DNA from: Clostridia bacterium
GTDB taxonomy: Bacteria; Bacillota; Peptococcia; DRI-13; UBA5745
Assembly: GCA_018434325.1 (NCBI GenBank)
Contig: JAHDPO010000007.1
Location: forward strand, 266,210-330,209
Reading direction: 5' to 3'
DNA length: 64,000 nucleotides
In this document: positions 1 through 9,952 of the stretch, in pieces
How the letters are laid out: every line of letters starts with the position of its first letter
Numbering within the stretch: position 1 is the stretch's first letter
Notes under the pieces: generated by a model
Told to the model about the DNA's origin: nothing
Databases searched by the model: none
Seen by the model: the letters and a program-made list of their open reading frames with translations, nothing else
Program-made: the position numbers and the translations under genes

Positions 1-850
1 TGCTGTTTAGCGTATCGATTTCCTGATAGCTTTCGTATTCCGGCATGGCCTGATCATCTTGCTCCTCCCCTTCGGCTTTAGCCTTGGGGCGGCTCTTCGT
101 CACTTCCATGCGAATGGGATAGCGGATATAATCGGAATACTTTTTGATGATTTCCTGGATCTTATACTGCTCCAGATACTGATCAAAATCCTCTTCTCCC
201 TGGTTTTCCTTGATTTCAAGGATAATGGTGGTACCCCAGTCCTCTTTCTCGAAAGGCTCAATGTCATAGCCGTCGGCGCCCTCCGACTGCCAGCGCCAGG
301 CTTCATCGCTGCCATAAGCCTTGCTGATAACAGTGATGCGCTTGCTGACCATGAAAGCGGAATAAAAGCCCACGCCGAATTGGCCGATGATTTCAATGTC
401 CGGGCTGTTGTCCTCTGTGACGGCTCCTGCACTGTCAGCCTCACCGGCCTCGTCAGTCTCGCCGGCAGCCTCTGCGGAGGACTCAGCCTCGTCCTCCCCT
501 TGGCTGGCAGCCTTGGGCTTTTTCAAACTATCCTGATTTTCCTGCCGAAAATCCATAGTACCGCTTTTGGCGATAGTGCCCAGGTTATTTTCCAGCTCAT
601 CCTTCGTCATGCCGATACCGTTATCTTTAATGGTCAGCGTGCGGATATCCTTGTTGGCCTCGATGAATATCTCAAAATCGCCGCGGCTGATATTCAGGCC
701 TTCGGTAAGGCCTTTAAAATACAGCTTGTCCATGGCGTCGCTGGCATTGGAAATCAATTCCCGCAGAAAAATTTCTTTGTGAGTATAAATAGAGTTGATC
801 ATTAAATCTAAAATACGTTTAGATTCCGTCTTAAATGGTTTTTTCTTCAT
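1..850 (-). CDS. htpG: Molecular chaperone HtpG (Hsp90), N-terminal portion. The gene continues beyond the window start.
   Basis: Minus-strand frame from ATG (comp. 848-850) reads [42 protein letters not shown]..., the Hsp90 GHKL N-box. The frame stays open to the window edge, which is why it is absent from the ORF track. ORF 59..805(+) is its antisense shadow. Confidence 0.85.
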   Translation of the reverse strand, partial: MKKKPFKTESKRILDLMINSIYTHKEIFLRELISNASDAMDKLYFKGLTEGLNISRGDFEIFIEANKDIRTLTIKDNGIGMTKDELENNLGTIAKSGTMDFRQENQDSLKKPKAASQGEDEAESSAEAAGETDEAGEADSAGAVTEDNSPDIEIIGQFGVGFYSAFMVSKRITVISKAYGSDEAWRWQSEGADGYDIEPFEKEDWGTTIILEIKENQGEEDFDQYLEQYKIQEIIKKYSDYIRYPIRMEVTKSRPKAKAEGEEQDDQAMPEYESYQEIDTLNS

Positions 851-878
851 CGTCTATCCAACCTCCGAAAAAGAATTA

Positions 879-905
879 TTAGCACTCCCAAGCGCTGAGT
901 GCTAA
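879..905 (-). promoter_or_regulatory. CIRCE inverted repeat (HrcA operator) in the htpG leader
   Basis: TTAGCACTC-N9-GAGTGCTAA perfect 9-9-9 palindrome (ttagcactcccaagcgctgagtgctaa), 28 nt upstream of the htpG ATG. Confidence 0.8.
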
Positions 906-909
906 TATA

Positions 910-938
910 GTTATATAACTTCATCCTGTTTTTGTCAA
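910..938 (-). promoter_or_regulatory. Sigma-A-type promoter for htpG (TTGACA-17-TATAAC)
   Basis: Reverse complement of 933-938 is TTGACA and of 910-915 is TATAAC, with a 17-nt spacer. CIRCE lies just downstream. Confidence 0.5.
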
Positions 939-948
939 GGGTTTGTGT

Positions 949-2772
949 CTATTGCCCCTGCCCCCGGGCTGCCGGCAGCTCAAACCAGAAGGAAACGCCG
1001 TCATCCACATTGTCAACCCCAAAGGGGCTCTGGTGGCGCTCCATGGCCGCTTTCACCACGGTAAGCCCCAGGCCGCTGCCGCCGTATTCCCGGCTGCGGG
1101 ATTTATCCGCTTTATAAAAGCTTTCCCAAACCCGCTCTCTTTCTTCTTCGCTGAGTAAGCTACCGCTATTGAATACCTCTATCCTGACCCGGCGGTTTAT
1201 CCTTTCATCCTTTGCTGCCGCAGCAGATACCGCAGCGACAGCGTCCTTGGCCGGCTCCTCCGGTTCCACCTGACCTTCGATGGATAAAATCACGCCTTCC
1301 ATAACATCTTCGTCATAGTCAAAAATACCAGCATTATTCCGGGAGCTTCCTGCCTCGGCAGCCGGCTTATCAATTCCAGCTCTAGTCATAGCTTCGGCGT
1401 CAGCTCCAACTCCGGCAACAGCTTCGGCTTCAGCGCCAGCTCCAGGCCCAGCGCCAGCCCCGGCTTCAAACACGGCCTCTGCTTTAGCATCAGCGCCGGC
1501 TTCAGACGCTGCGCCTGCGGCCGGTTCCGCCTGCTCTGCCGCTGCCGACGATTGCCGTACAGTAACCTCCACCAGCTTTCTGCCCTCCGCATAATGGATG
1601 GCATTGGTCATATAGTTGAGCACCACTTCTTCAATCAGAAATTCGTCGGCTCTAACCCAGGCCTCTGCCGGAGCCACCAATTGAAAATCCAGCTCCTCCG
1701 CTCCCGGCAGAGACTTGCTCCGCCGCATCACCGATTGAACCAAAGAAACAATATCGAAATCCTCCAGATAAAGCTCATCCTGGCCGGCTTCCAAATTATT
1801 TAAGTTCATCAGCTTTTTCACCAGGGCGTTCATCCTGTCGGCCTCGTCGGAAATCACGTGGTAATAATAATCTCTGTCCTCATCGCTGGTCACAACCTTC
1901 TCTTCCAAGGCCTCGGCATATCCCTGAATCAGGGCAATCGGCGTCTTCAGCTCATGGGATATGCTGGACAAAAACTCTTTGCGTTTTTCGTCCAATCTGG
2001 AGATAAATTGAATATCCGCTTCCAGCTGCCGGTTTTTTTCCTGGAGCTCCTGAATAGTCTCCTGCAAATGCTCCGACAAAGCGTTGATGCTGGCGGCCAG
2101 GGATCCGATCTCATCCTGAGAGTCTACCGTGATTTTGCGGGTAAAGTCCAGGTGGGACATGGATTTGGCTATGCCCTCCACAGCCTTGATGGGTTTGGCG
2201 ATCTGGCTGGACAGCCGGGCGCTGATGAAAGCGGAAGCCAATATGCTGAATATGCCGGTAATCAGCAAAAACCGGTTGGCAATGCCTACGCTGTCGGTAA
2301 TGGTCTGTACCGGCGTCCGCAGCAGCAGAAAAAGACCGTTGTCTAAAGAGCCCACCAGATCCAAATACTCCGTTTTCAGCCGCTCGTCGTAGTTGCGGCT
2401 GATTTCAAAAGGCAGGCTGCCTTTTCTGCTGACAAACCCCGGCAGATCAGGCCCTCCCAAAATACCGCGGCGGCCAAAGCCCAGATAGACGGAATCCTGC
2501 CAGGCCATATATACCGCTTCCAGATTAGAGTTAAAGATTACAATCTGGATACCCTGGTTGATCTGCATTTTGGCCAATTCCAGCTCAATATCGGCGCCGC
2601 CGGCGTTATACAAGTGATTAATGGTGGTCATGGAGCGCAAAAGAGAGTTGCCTTTACTGTACAAATAAAACCTCTCCAAAAAAAGGCTGTTGATAAACCA
2701 GCCGAAGATTACCACCAAGGCCACCAGACCGGCCATGAAGGTCAGCAGCTTTCTGCGCATATTGTTTTTCAT
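949..2772 (-). CDS. Sensor histidine kinase (TM-HAMP-HisKA-HATPase) with a large low-complexity insertion in the ATPase domain
   Basis: H-box LSSISHELKTPIALIQGYAEAL, N-box NYMTNAIHYA, G-box SGLGLTVVK. About 125 aa of Ala/Glu/Gly-rich sequence sits between the N-box and the G1 box. There is a 4-bp overlap with the upstream response regulator. Confidence 0.85.
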   Translation of the reverse strand: MKNNMRRKLLTFMAGLVALVVIFGWFINSLFLERFYLYSKGNSLLRSMTTINHLYNAGGADIELELAKMQINQGIQIVIFNSNLEAVYMAWQDSVYLGFGRRGILGGPDLPGFVSRKGSLPFEISRNYDERLKTEYLDLVGSLDNGLFLLLRTPVQTITDSVGIANRFLLITGIFSILASAFISARLSSQIAKPIKAVEGIAKSMSHLDFTRKITVDSQDEIGSLAASINALSEHLQETIQELQEKNRQLEADIQFISRLDEKRKEFLSSISHELKTPIALIQGYAEALEEKVVTSDEDRDYYYHVISDEADRMNALVKKLMNLNNLEAGQDELYLEDFDIVSLVQSVMRRSKSLPGAEELDFQLVAPAEAWVRADEFLIEEVVLNYMTNAIHYAEGRKLVEVTVRQSSAAAEQAEPAAGAASEAGADAKAEAVFEAGAGAGPGAGAEAEAVAGVGADAEAMTRAGIDKPAAEAGSSRNNAGIFDYDEDVMEGVILSIEGQVEPEEPAKDAVAAVSAAAAKDERINRRVRIEVFNSGSLLSEEERERVWESFYKADKSRSREYGGSGLGLTVVKAAMERHQSPFGVDNVDDGVSFWFELPAARGQGQ

Positions 2773-3449
2773 TGAGGAACCTCGAATTTATAGCCGATAT
2801 TTCTCACCGTCTCAATATAATCTCCGCAGAATCCCAGTTTCTGGCGCAGCTTCTTGATATGGGTATCAATGGTCCGGGTATCGCCGTAATAATCATAATC
2901 CCAGACCTGATTGAGGATTTTTTCCCGGGTCAGAGCCACCCCCCGGTGATCGATGAGATAATTAAGAAGCTCGTATTCTTTATAGCTCAGTTCCACGGGC
3001 TGACCGCAGGCAATAACCTTTCTGCCTTCCCGGTCTACGGACAGCTGTCCCATGATTATCGTCTGCAAGTTTTTCTGGCCCTTGCTGCGGCGGATCAAAG
3101 CCTCTACCCGGGCAGCCAATATCCTGGGGCTGAAAGGCTTGGAAATATACTCATCCACACCCAAATCAAAGCCCTTCAATTCGTCCCGCTCTTCTCCCCG
3201 GGCTGTCAGCATGATCACCGGCACATTGGAAACCTTGCGGATTTCCTGGCATACCTGCCAACCGTCCAGCTTCGGCATCATCACATCGAGAATCACCAAA
3301 TCGATACCCTTGACTCCCAAAAAAATATCCAAACCGGCCTGGCCGTCGGCGGCCTCCAAAATCTGGACGCCGGCAGCGCCCAGATAATCGTGGATCAGCT
3401 TACGCATCCGGCTTTCATCATCTACAATTAAAATCTTTAAATCTTTCAT
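2769..3449 (-). CDS. OmpR-family response regulator (REC + winged helix)
   Basis: MKDLKILIVDDE...D54 region LVILDVMMPKLDG; C-terminal wHTH RNIGYKF. Confidence 0.9.
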   Translation of the reverse strand: MKDLKILIVDDESRMRKLIHDYLGAAGVQILEAADGQAGLDIFLGVKGIDLVILDVMMPKLDGWQVCQEIRKVSNVPVIMLTARGEERDELKGFDLGVDEYISKPFSPRILAARVEALIRRSKGQKNLQTIIMGQLSVDREGRKVIACGQPVELSYKEYELLNYLIDHRGVALTREKILNQVWDYDYYGDTRTIDTHIKKLRQKLGFCGDYIETVRNIGYKFEVPQ

Positions 3450-3642
3450 CTATATCACCTGCTTTTTGCTGCTGAAATAATCCTCTTCAATAAGATTCCT
3501 GATTAAGCCTAATTATATAATAGGTTTGTGTCCCTTTTGTGAAAAGGAAATGGCCGGAATAAGGAAAAGGCAATGGGGAAATCATCTCCATTGCCAAAAG
3601 AACCATTAGCCATCTTTGCTTAAGTCTCAGCCCCAGCCGGGC

Positions 3643-5010
3643 TTAGTCCTCTTCCTCTCCCTCGACATCTTCCGCGTCTTCTTCCAACTTGCTAACTAAG
3701 GCTTTTTCTACCCGGTGATCCAGAACCTCTTCCACCTGAACCCGCAAGCCGTAAGCCTCAATCACCGGCGTAGTGCCGTCCTCGGGAATTGTCCGCAGCC
3801 GGCTGAACACCAGGCCGCCTAAGGTATCGAAGGCATCCTGGGGCAGCTTGATATTGAACAGCTTCTCCAACTGCTCTAAGTCCGCCGATCCCGGTACCCG
3901 CCAGGTTTTCTCGTCCACTTGCTGAGTAACCTCAGGAGCCTCGTCGTACTCATCATAGATGTTGCCGACGATCTCCTCCACCAGATCTTCCATAGTGACG
4001 ATACCGCGGGTGCCGCCGTATTCGTCCATTACCACGGCCAGATGAATTTTTTCCCGCTGCATATCCCGGAACAGCACATCCGTAGGCACCTGCTCCGGAA
4101 TGAAGTAGGCCGGCCGCAACAGATCTTTTAATGATTTAGGCTCGGGAGCCAGCATATTGGCCAGATAATCCCGCAAATGCAGAATGCCCACGATGTCGTC
4201 GGCGTCCTCGTCGTACACGGGAAATCGGGTATAACCGTTTTCCAGGATCTCCTGACGGATCACCTCCGGGTCTTCATCGATCCAAAGCATGCAAAGATCG
4301 GTGCGGTGGGTCATCACGTCGGCAGCTTCTTTATTATTGAACTCAAAGACGTTGGTGATCAGCTCTTTTTCGTCGGCGGCAATAGAGCCTTTTTCTTCAC
4401 CGATATCCACCATCATGCGAATTTCTTCTTCCGTCACGTCGCTCATTTCGCCGGAAGGATTGATCCCGAAAAGGTGAAGTATGCCATTGGTGGAGGCCGT
4501 CAGCAGAATAACAACCGGTTTTAATATTTTGCCAATGAATAGGATGACGCCTGCCAAAGAAAAAGCTATGGACTCCCCCTTTTGCAGGCCGATCTGCTTT
4601 GGTACCAGCTCGCCGAATACCAAGGTCACATAAGACAAAACAATGGTAATCAGCACAACGCAGAAATCGTCTACCGCAGCCGGGTCCGTAAACGAAGTGT
4701 GCTCAACGATAAATCTGGCCAGGGGTGCGGAAAAACTGCTGGCAGCGAAGGCGCTGGCCAGAAATCCCGCTAAGGTAACACCGATCTGAATAGTCGATAA
4801 AAACTGACTGGGTTTCTCTAAAAGTACCAAGAGCTTTTTGGCCTTTGGATTGCCTTCTTCCGCCATGCGCTTGATCTTATTGTCGTTAACCGAAATAACT
4901 GCAATCTCACTCATCGTAAAAAAGGCATTGACAAGAATTAAAACCAGTAGAGTTAATAGCCGCCATATCAACGGGTCTTCCAAGAAATATTCCTCCCTAT
5001 ACATATCCAA
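3643..5010 (-). CDS. Hemolysin-family / CorC-TlyC membrane protein (DUF21-CBS pair-CorC_HlyC)
   Basis: N-terminal 4-TM DUF21, tandem CBS, CorC_HlyC C-domain, acidic tail EEDAEDVEGEEED. Confidence 0.8.
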   Translation of the reverse strand: MDMYREEYFLEDPLIWRLLTLLVLILVNAFFTMSEIAVISVNDNKIKRMAEEGNPKAKKLLVLLEKPSQFLSTIQIGVTLAGFLASAFAASSFSAPLARFIVEHTSFTDPAAVDDFCVVLITIVLSYVTLVFGELVPKQIGLQKGESIAFSLAGVILFIGKILKPVVILLTASTNGILHLFGINPSGEMSDVTEEEIRMMVDIGEEKGSIAADEKELITNVFEFNNKEAADVMTHRTDLCMLWIDEDPEVIRQEILENGYTRFPVYDEDADDIVGILHLRDYLANMLAPEPKSLKDLLRPAYFIPEQVPTDVLFRDMQREKIHLAVVMDEYGGTRGIVTMEDLVEEIVGNIYDEYDEAPEVTQQVDEKTWRVPGSADLEQLEKLFNIKLPQDAFDTLGGLVFSRLRTIPEDGTTPVIEAYGLRVQVEEVLDHRVEKALVSKLEEDAEDVEGEEED

Positions 5011-5126
5011 ATTTTAGATAGATGTGGTTATTATATCATAAGTATTGATCAAAAAGCTATTTTTTATGGTATACTTATGATGATTTTTTGTAAAAACATC
5101 ATAGCCTTCCTTTAGGAGGAATTTTC

Positions 5127-6191
5127 ATGTATACAACCGATACGATCCTTGACGTGCCCGGCCTGCTGGTGGGTCAGGCCCAAAACAAGACAGCCCTGAC
5201 CGGTATCACCGTGCTGCTGGCTCCCGCAGGAGCAGTAACCGGCGCCGATTTGCGGGGCGGCGGCAGCGGCACTCGGGAGCTTAATCTCTTTGACCCCGGC
5301 ACCACCACAGATCAGGTCCATGCCGTAGTTTTATCCGGCGGTTCCGCCTTTGGCCTGGATGCCGCCGGCGGCGTTATGGCCTGGCTGGAGGAAAAAGGCA
5401 TTGGCTTTGATACGGGTGTAGCCAGAGTGCCTTTGGTTCCGCAAGCTATTTTATTCGATTTAGGTATAGGGGACAGCCGCATTCGCCCTGATCAGGCCAT
5501 GGCCAGAGAGGCCTGCCAACAGGCTACCGCCGACGGCCGGGAATTGGCCCAAGGCAACTATGGCGCCGGCTGCGGCGCGACCATAGGCAAGCTGCGCCAA
5601 GGCCGGGGCGCCATGAAAAGCGGTATCGGCTCCGCGTCGCTGCGGTTAGCTAACGGTTTTACCGTGGGCGCCATCGTGGCCGTCAATGCTTTAGGTGACG
5701 TCTACGAGGGAGGCCGGATCATTGCCGGCATGTTGGCTACAGATACGACTACAGCTACAGATAGGGCTGCCGCCGCGGCTGACGGGACGGCGCCCCTGCC
5801 CTCCGATGGGGCGGCGCCGCTTTTTGCCGACAGCAGCCGCTGTCTTTTGGCAATGGGCGCCGGTATCGCCGCCGGCCAGCCTTCCAATGCTCCTGCCTTC
5901 GGCGGCAACACCACCATCGGCATTATCGCCTGCAACGGCAGCTTCACAAAAGTCCAGTGCAACAAGATTGCAGCTATGGGTCACAACGGCATGGCCAGGG
6001 CAATCCGGCCCATACACACCACCATGGACGGCGATATGCTTTTTGCTTTAGCTACCGGCGACATGGCCGTCCCCTTGGATGTAGCCGGCGAGATGGCCGC
6101 TATTGTTGTCGAGAGAGCCATTATCAAAGCCGTCAAGGCGGCAGCCCCTGCCGGCGGCTTGCCCTCCTGGCAAAGCTTCGGCCTCAAATGA
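5127..6191 (+). CDS. P1/S58-family peptidase (DmpA-type L-aminopeptidase/D-esterase)
   Basis: GITVLLAP...DLRGGGSGTRELNLFDP...HAVVLSGGSAFGLDAAGGVMAWLEEKGIGF matches the DmpA signature. It contains a Thr/Ala-rich low-complexity insert. Confidence 0.7.
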   Translation: MYTTDTILDVPGLLVGQAQNKTALTGITVLLAPAGAVTGADLRGGGSGTRELNLFDPGTTTDQVHAVVLSGGSAFGLDAAGGVMAWLEEKGIGFDTGVARVPLVPQAILFDLGIGDSRIRPDQAMAREACQQATADGRELAQGNYGAGCGATIGKLRQGRGAMKSGIGSASLRLANGFTVGAIVAVNALGDVYEGGRIIAGMLATDTTTATDRAAAAADGTAPLPSDGAAPLFADSSRCLLAMGAGIAAGQPSNAPAFGGNTTIGIIACNGSFTKVQCNKIAAMGHNGMARAIRPIHTTMDGDMLFALATGDMAVPLDVAGEMAAIVVERAIIKAVKAAAPAGGLPSWQSFGLK

Positions 6192-7129
6192 GCATGCCGC
6201 TAAGCCAATCTTCCGACGACAAATTAACGATTATGGTGACAGGCAGCACTGAAGAGGCAGGAGCCGCTTTAGCGCCGGCGGGCGCCGCCGCAGCCACCTG
6301 CACTGCCGCCGCCCCCAGCCTGGAAGCATATCTTTTAAAGCAAGGCTTCTCCGAGAAACTTCTCAAGGGGCTGCGGCTAAAAAATTGCGTAATGGTAAAT
6401 GGCCGCTGCCACCGCATGATCGATGCCGTAGCCGTCGGCGATGAAATCACCATCCATTGGCCCTCAAGCCCGCCGGACAAACACCTGCTGCCCGCCGCCG
6501 ATCTGGTTGTGCCTATATTATATGAAGACTATTCCTTCATCGCCTTCGATAAACCGCCCGGATTGCCCATTCATCCCAGCGCCCGGCATTACCGCCGCTC
6601 CCTGGGCAATTATTTCGCCGCCCTCTACCCCGGCCTGCCTTTCCGGCCTATCGGCAGACTGGATAAGGATACCACAGGAATTTCTCTGGTGGCCAAGAAC
6701 CCTTTTTGTGCAGCTATCGCCAATCAAAATATTCAAAAGGTATATTACGCTATTTTGGAAGGCACTCTTCCCCAGGATAAAGGCACCGTCGATTTACCCC
6801 TGCTGCGTTTGCCCGGCGACACCATCCAGCGGCAAGTCGAGTCCGGCGGCCAAAGAGCCGTCACTCATTTTCAAGTATTGGGCCGTTACGAAGCCTTTAC
6901 TTTAATTACCGCCGCCTTGGAAACCGGCCGCACCCATCAGATCCGGGCCCATTTTGCCCACTTGGGCTTTCCTTTGGCCGGCGACGGCCTATACGGCGGC
7001 AGCGGGGCCCATATCCGGCGGCAGGCCCTGCATTGCGGCGAAGTCAGCTTCTACGACCCCATAAAACAGCGACAAATCCGGCTTACCTCCCCTTTGCCCG
7101 AAGATATGCAACAGCTGCTTGCCGGCTGA
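6188..7129 (+). CDS. RluA-family 23S rRNA/tRNA pseudouridine synthase (S4-like + PseudoU_synth_2)
   Basis: Start ATG 6188 overlaps the dmpA stop (ATGA). The track ORF 5957..7129 is a 5' over-extension. Motifs: FIAFDKPPGLPIHPS, RLDKDTTGISLVAK, HQIRAHFAHLGFPLAGD. Confidence 0.75.
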   Translation: MSMPLSQSSDDKLTIMVTGSTEEAGAALAPAGAAAATCTAAAPSLEAYLLKQGFSEKLLKGLRLKNCVMVNGRCHRMIDAVAVGDEITIHWPSSPPDKHLLPAADLVVPILYEDYSFIAFDKPPGLPIHPSARHYRRSLGNYFAALYPGLPFRPIGRLDKDTTGISLVAKNPFCAAIANQNIQKVYYAILEGTLPQDKGTVDLPLLRLPGDTIQRQVESGGQRAVTHFQVLGRYEAFTLITAALETGRTHQIRAHFAHLGFPLAGDGLYGGSGAHIRRQALHCGEVSFYDPIKQRQIRLTSPLPEDMQQLLAG

Positions 7130-7178
7130 GTTTAATCCACTGATTCCAAATCCACTGATCCGGAAAGGAAGCGATTCT

Positions 7179-8417
7179 ATGCAAAAACCGCCAGGCCACA
7201 ACCTTGATGTCACCGGCTCTCTACATCAACAGGAACTGTCCACTTTCAATTTTGATAAAATTATCAATCGGCGGGGCAGCGGCTCCCTTAAATATGATTC
7301 CTCGGTAAGGCGGGGTTATCCGGCAGACGTCTTGCCTTTTTGGGTGGCCGACATGGATTTTTCAACGGCTCCCGTCATCCTGGAGGCCTTGCGGGCCAGA
7401 ACGAATCACGGAATCTTCGGCTATACCGAGCCCCAGGAGGGCTACTATAAGGCCGTTCAGGACTGGTGGAAAACTCACCATGAATATAACATAAAAAAAG
7501 AATGGATCCTGGAATCTCCGGGCATCGTCTTCTCCCTTTGCGCCGCCATCAGAGCCTTTACCAGACCCGGCGACAGCATTATCGTCCAAACGCCGGTCTA
7601 TTATCCGTTCTTCAGCGCCATCCAGCTTAACGACCGCAAGCTGGTCAAAAGCCCTCTGACTTATGTGAATAGAGAATATAGCATCGATTTTGAAGCTTTT
7701 GAGGAGCAGATCAAAACCCATAAGGTAAAAATGTTTATCCTTTGCAATCCCCACAATCCTGTGGGTCGGGTTTGGACCTCCTTAGAGCTGCAAAGGCTGG
7801 GCCGGATCTGCAGCCGCAACGGCGTTGTGGTGGTAGCCGATGAGGTTCATTGTGATTTTGTCGCTCCCGGCTTTAAGCACCAGGTATTTGCCGGGCTCCA
7901 TAGCCAATTGGAGCAGATTACGGTCACATTGGCAGCTCCCAGCAAAACCTTCAATCTGGCCGGACTCCAGTTTTCCCACGCGTTTATTGCCAATGAAGAA
8001 ATGCGCAAAGCCTGGCTGGAGCAAAAAGCAGCCACAGGCTATGACGAGCCCAATATCATGGGTATTACCGCCTGCCGGGCCGCTTACGAAAAAGGCCGGC
8101 CCTGGCTGGATAGCCTGCTGAATTATATTAACGACAACGACGCCTTCGTTCAAACCTTTATCAAACAGTATTTCCACGGCATCCACGTGGTTCGCCGCCA
8201 GGGCACCTATCTGCTGTGGCTTGACTGCTGGGGCACCGGCTTTACTCATGAGGAGCTGAACCGGCGGCTGCTGGAAAAGGGTAAGCTCTGGTTTTATGAC
8301 GGCAGCAAATTCGGACAGGAGGGCGAAGGCTTTCAGCGGCTGAATCTGGCCTGCCCCCGGGAAATCCTGTCCGACGCCATGATCCGGCTGGCCGTGGCTC
8401 TGGGCGTTGTCCGCTAG
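7179..8417 (+). CDS. PLP-dependent C-S lyase, MalY/PatB family (cystathionine beta-lyase-like aminotransferase class I/II)
   Basis: FDKIINRRGSGSLKYD start typical of PatB; SKTFNLAGLQ (PLP lysine region). ATG at 7179 is in frame with track ORF 7119. Confidence 0.8.
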   Translation: MQKPPGHNLDVTGSLHQQELSTFNFDKIINRRGSGSLKYDSSVRRGYPADVLPFWVADMDFSTAPVILEALRARTNHGIFGYTEPQEGYYKAVQDWWKTHHEYNIKKEWILESPGIVFSLCAAIRAFTRPGDSIIVQTPVYYPFFSAIQLNDRKLVKSPLTYVNREYSIDFEAFEEQIKTHKVKMFILCNPHNPVGRVWTSLELQRLGRICSRNGVVVVADEVHCDFVAPGFKHQVFAGLHSQLEQITVTLAAPSKTFNLAGLQFSHAFIANEEMRKAWLEQKAATGYDEPNIMGITACRAAYEKGRPWLDSLLNYINDNDAFVQTFIKQYFHGIHVVRRQGTYLLWLDCWGTGFTHEELNRRLLEKGKLWFYDGSKFGQEGEGFQRLNLACPREILSDAMIRLAVALGVVR

Positions 8418-8440
8418 ATTCACGGCTGCTTAAGCCTCCC

Positions 8441-9952
8441 CTAATCGCTGATGGCTTTTCTGACGGCCTTTTGCCACTGGCTATGCAATCTATGGCGCTC
8501 TTCGACGGCCATCGCCGGAATAAAAACCTGATCTGTCCGCCTCAACCGGCGGACTTCTTCTTTTTGCTGCCAAAAACCGCAGGCCAGCCCCGCCAAAGCT
8601 GCCGCTCCCAAAGCGGTGGTTTCCACGGTTTTGGGCCGGTCCACGGGAATATTCAGCAGATCCGCCTGAAATTGCATCAATACATTGCTGACGGCAGCTC
8701 CGCCGTCCACATTAAGGCTGGTCTGGGTAATACCGGAATCAACCGTCATGGCGTCCAACAGATCTTTTACCTGGTAAGCAATCGACTCAAGAACAGCTCT
8801 GGCCATCTGCCGGCGGCCGCTGCCCCTGGTCAGCCCGCAGAGGACTCCCCTGGCTTCCGTATCCCAATAAGGGGCTCCCAAACCCGTAAAAGCCGGTACA
8901 AAATAGACGCCTTCGTTATCCGGACATTCTGCCGCCAGCTGATCGCATTCGGCAGCCGTGCTGATGATCCGCAGCTCATCCCGCAGCCATTTGATAGCGG
9001 AGCCGGCATTAAATACGCTGCCCTCCAGGGCATATTCCACCTCACCCCCAAGGCCCCAGGCAATGGTGGAAAGCAGCCGGTTGGCGGAGCGGATTCGGGA
9101 ATTGCCCGTATTCATCAGCAAAAAGCAGCCGGTACCGTAAGTATTTTTCGCCTGGCCCGCCTCAAAACAGCCTTGGCCAAACAAAGCCGCCTGCTGGTCG
9201 CCGATGGCGCTGCGGATAGGTATGCCGGCCATGTCCTCAATGCCCCGGATACCGGAGGCCACCACCCCGAAATCTCCGGCAGAAGAGCGCACCTCCGGCA
9301 AGATAGAGATGGGAATGCCTAAAAGGCTGCACAACTCCTCATCCCATTTCAGCTCATCGATATTAAACAGCATGGTTCGGGAGGCGTTGGAATAATCGGT
9401 AGCATAGACAGCGCCGCCGGTCAGATTCCAGATCAGCCAGGTGTCGATGGTACCACAGCGCAGCCTGCCCGCCTCCAATAACGGCCGGGCCGTCGCTACC
9501 TCCTCCAGGATCCAGGCCAGCTTCGTTCCGGAGAAATAGGGATCCGCCAGCAAGCCGGTCTTTTCTGTGATCAGGGTCTCCTTGCCTTGCTTGCGCAGCT
9601 CTTCACAGCGGCCGGCCGTCCGCCGGCACTGCCAAACGATAGCCGGATAAACCGGCTTGCCGGTCCGGTCATCCCAGACCACCACCGTCTCCCGCTGATT
9701 GGTGATGCCCAAGGCTGCGATCTCACTGCCTTTGGCTCCGGCTTTTTTGGCGGCTGCCGCCATGGCCAGATACTGGCTGTAAAGAATCTCCATCGGGTCC
9801 TGCTCTACCCAACCGGGCCGGGGATAGCTTTGCTTAAACTCCTGCTGGCCCAAACCGGCCACAGCTCCCTGTTCGTCGAATAAAATCCCCCGGGAGCTGG
9901 TAGTGCCCTGATCCAGGGCCATGATATAACGCGCTTTTCCTTGGTCAGCCAT
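8441..9952 (-). CDS. glpK: Glycerol kinase
   Basis: MADQGKARYIMALDQGTTSSRGILFD..., FGGY N/C domains, 503 aa. Confidence 0.9.
   Translation of the reverse strand: MADQGKARYIMALDQGTTSSRGILFDEQGAVAGLGQQEFKQSYPRPGWVEQDPMEILYSQYLAMAAAAKKAGAKGSEIAALGITNQRETVVVWDDRTGKPVYPAIVWQCRRTAGRCEELRKQGKETLITEKTGLLADPYFSGTKLAWILEEVATARPLLEAGRLRCGTIDTWLIWNLTGGAVYATDYSNASRTMLFNIDELKWDEELCSLLGIPISILPEVRSSAGDFGVVASGIRGIEDMAGIPIRSAIGDQQAALFGQGCFEAGQAKNTYGTGCFLLMNTGNSRIRSANRLLSTIAWGLGGEVEYALEGSVFNAGSAIKWLRDELRIISTAAECDQLAAECPDNEGVYFVPAFTGLGAPYWDTEARGVLCGLTRGSGRRQMARAVLESIAYQVKDLLDAMTVDSGITQTSLNVDGGAAVSNVLMQFQADLLNIPVDRPKTVETTALGAAALAGLACGFWQQKEEVRRLRRTDQVFIPAMAVEERHRLHSQWQKAVRKAISD

Noticed and set aside
59-805. 248-aa plus-strand ORF at the start of the window
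   Set aside because: It lies exactly antisense to the htpG coding frame, which has a clear Hsp90 N-terminal signature. It has low-complexity hydrophobic composition and no SD.
5957-6187. 5' extension of the rluA-family ORF (track start 5957) and other ORFs overlapping dmpA (5691-6051)
   Set aside because: The extension encodes Arg/His/Cys-rich nonsense overlapping the dmpA frame. The real start is ATG 6188, coupled to the dmpA stop.
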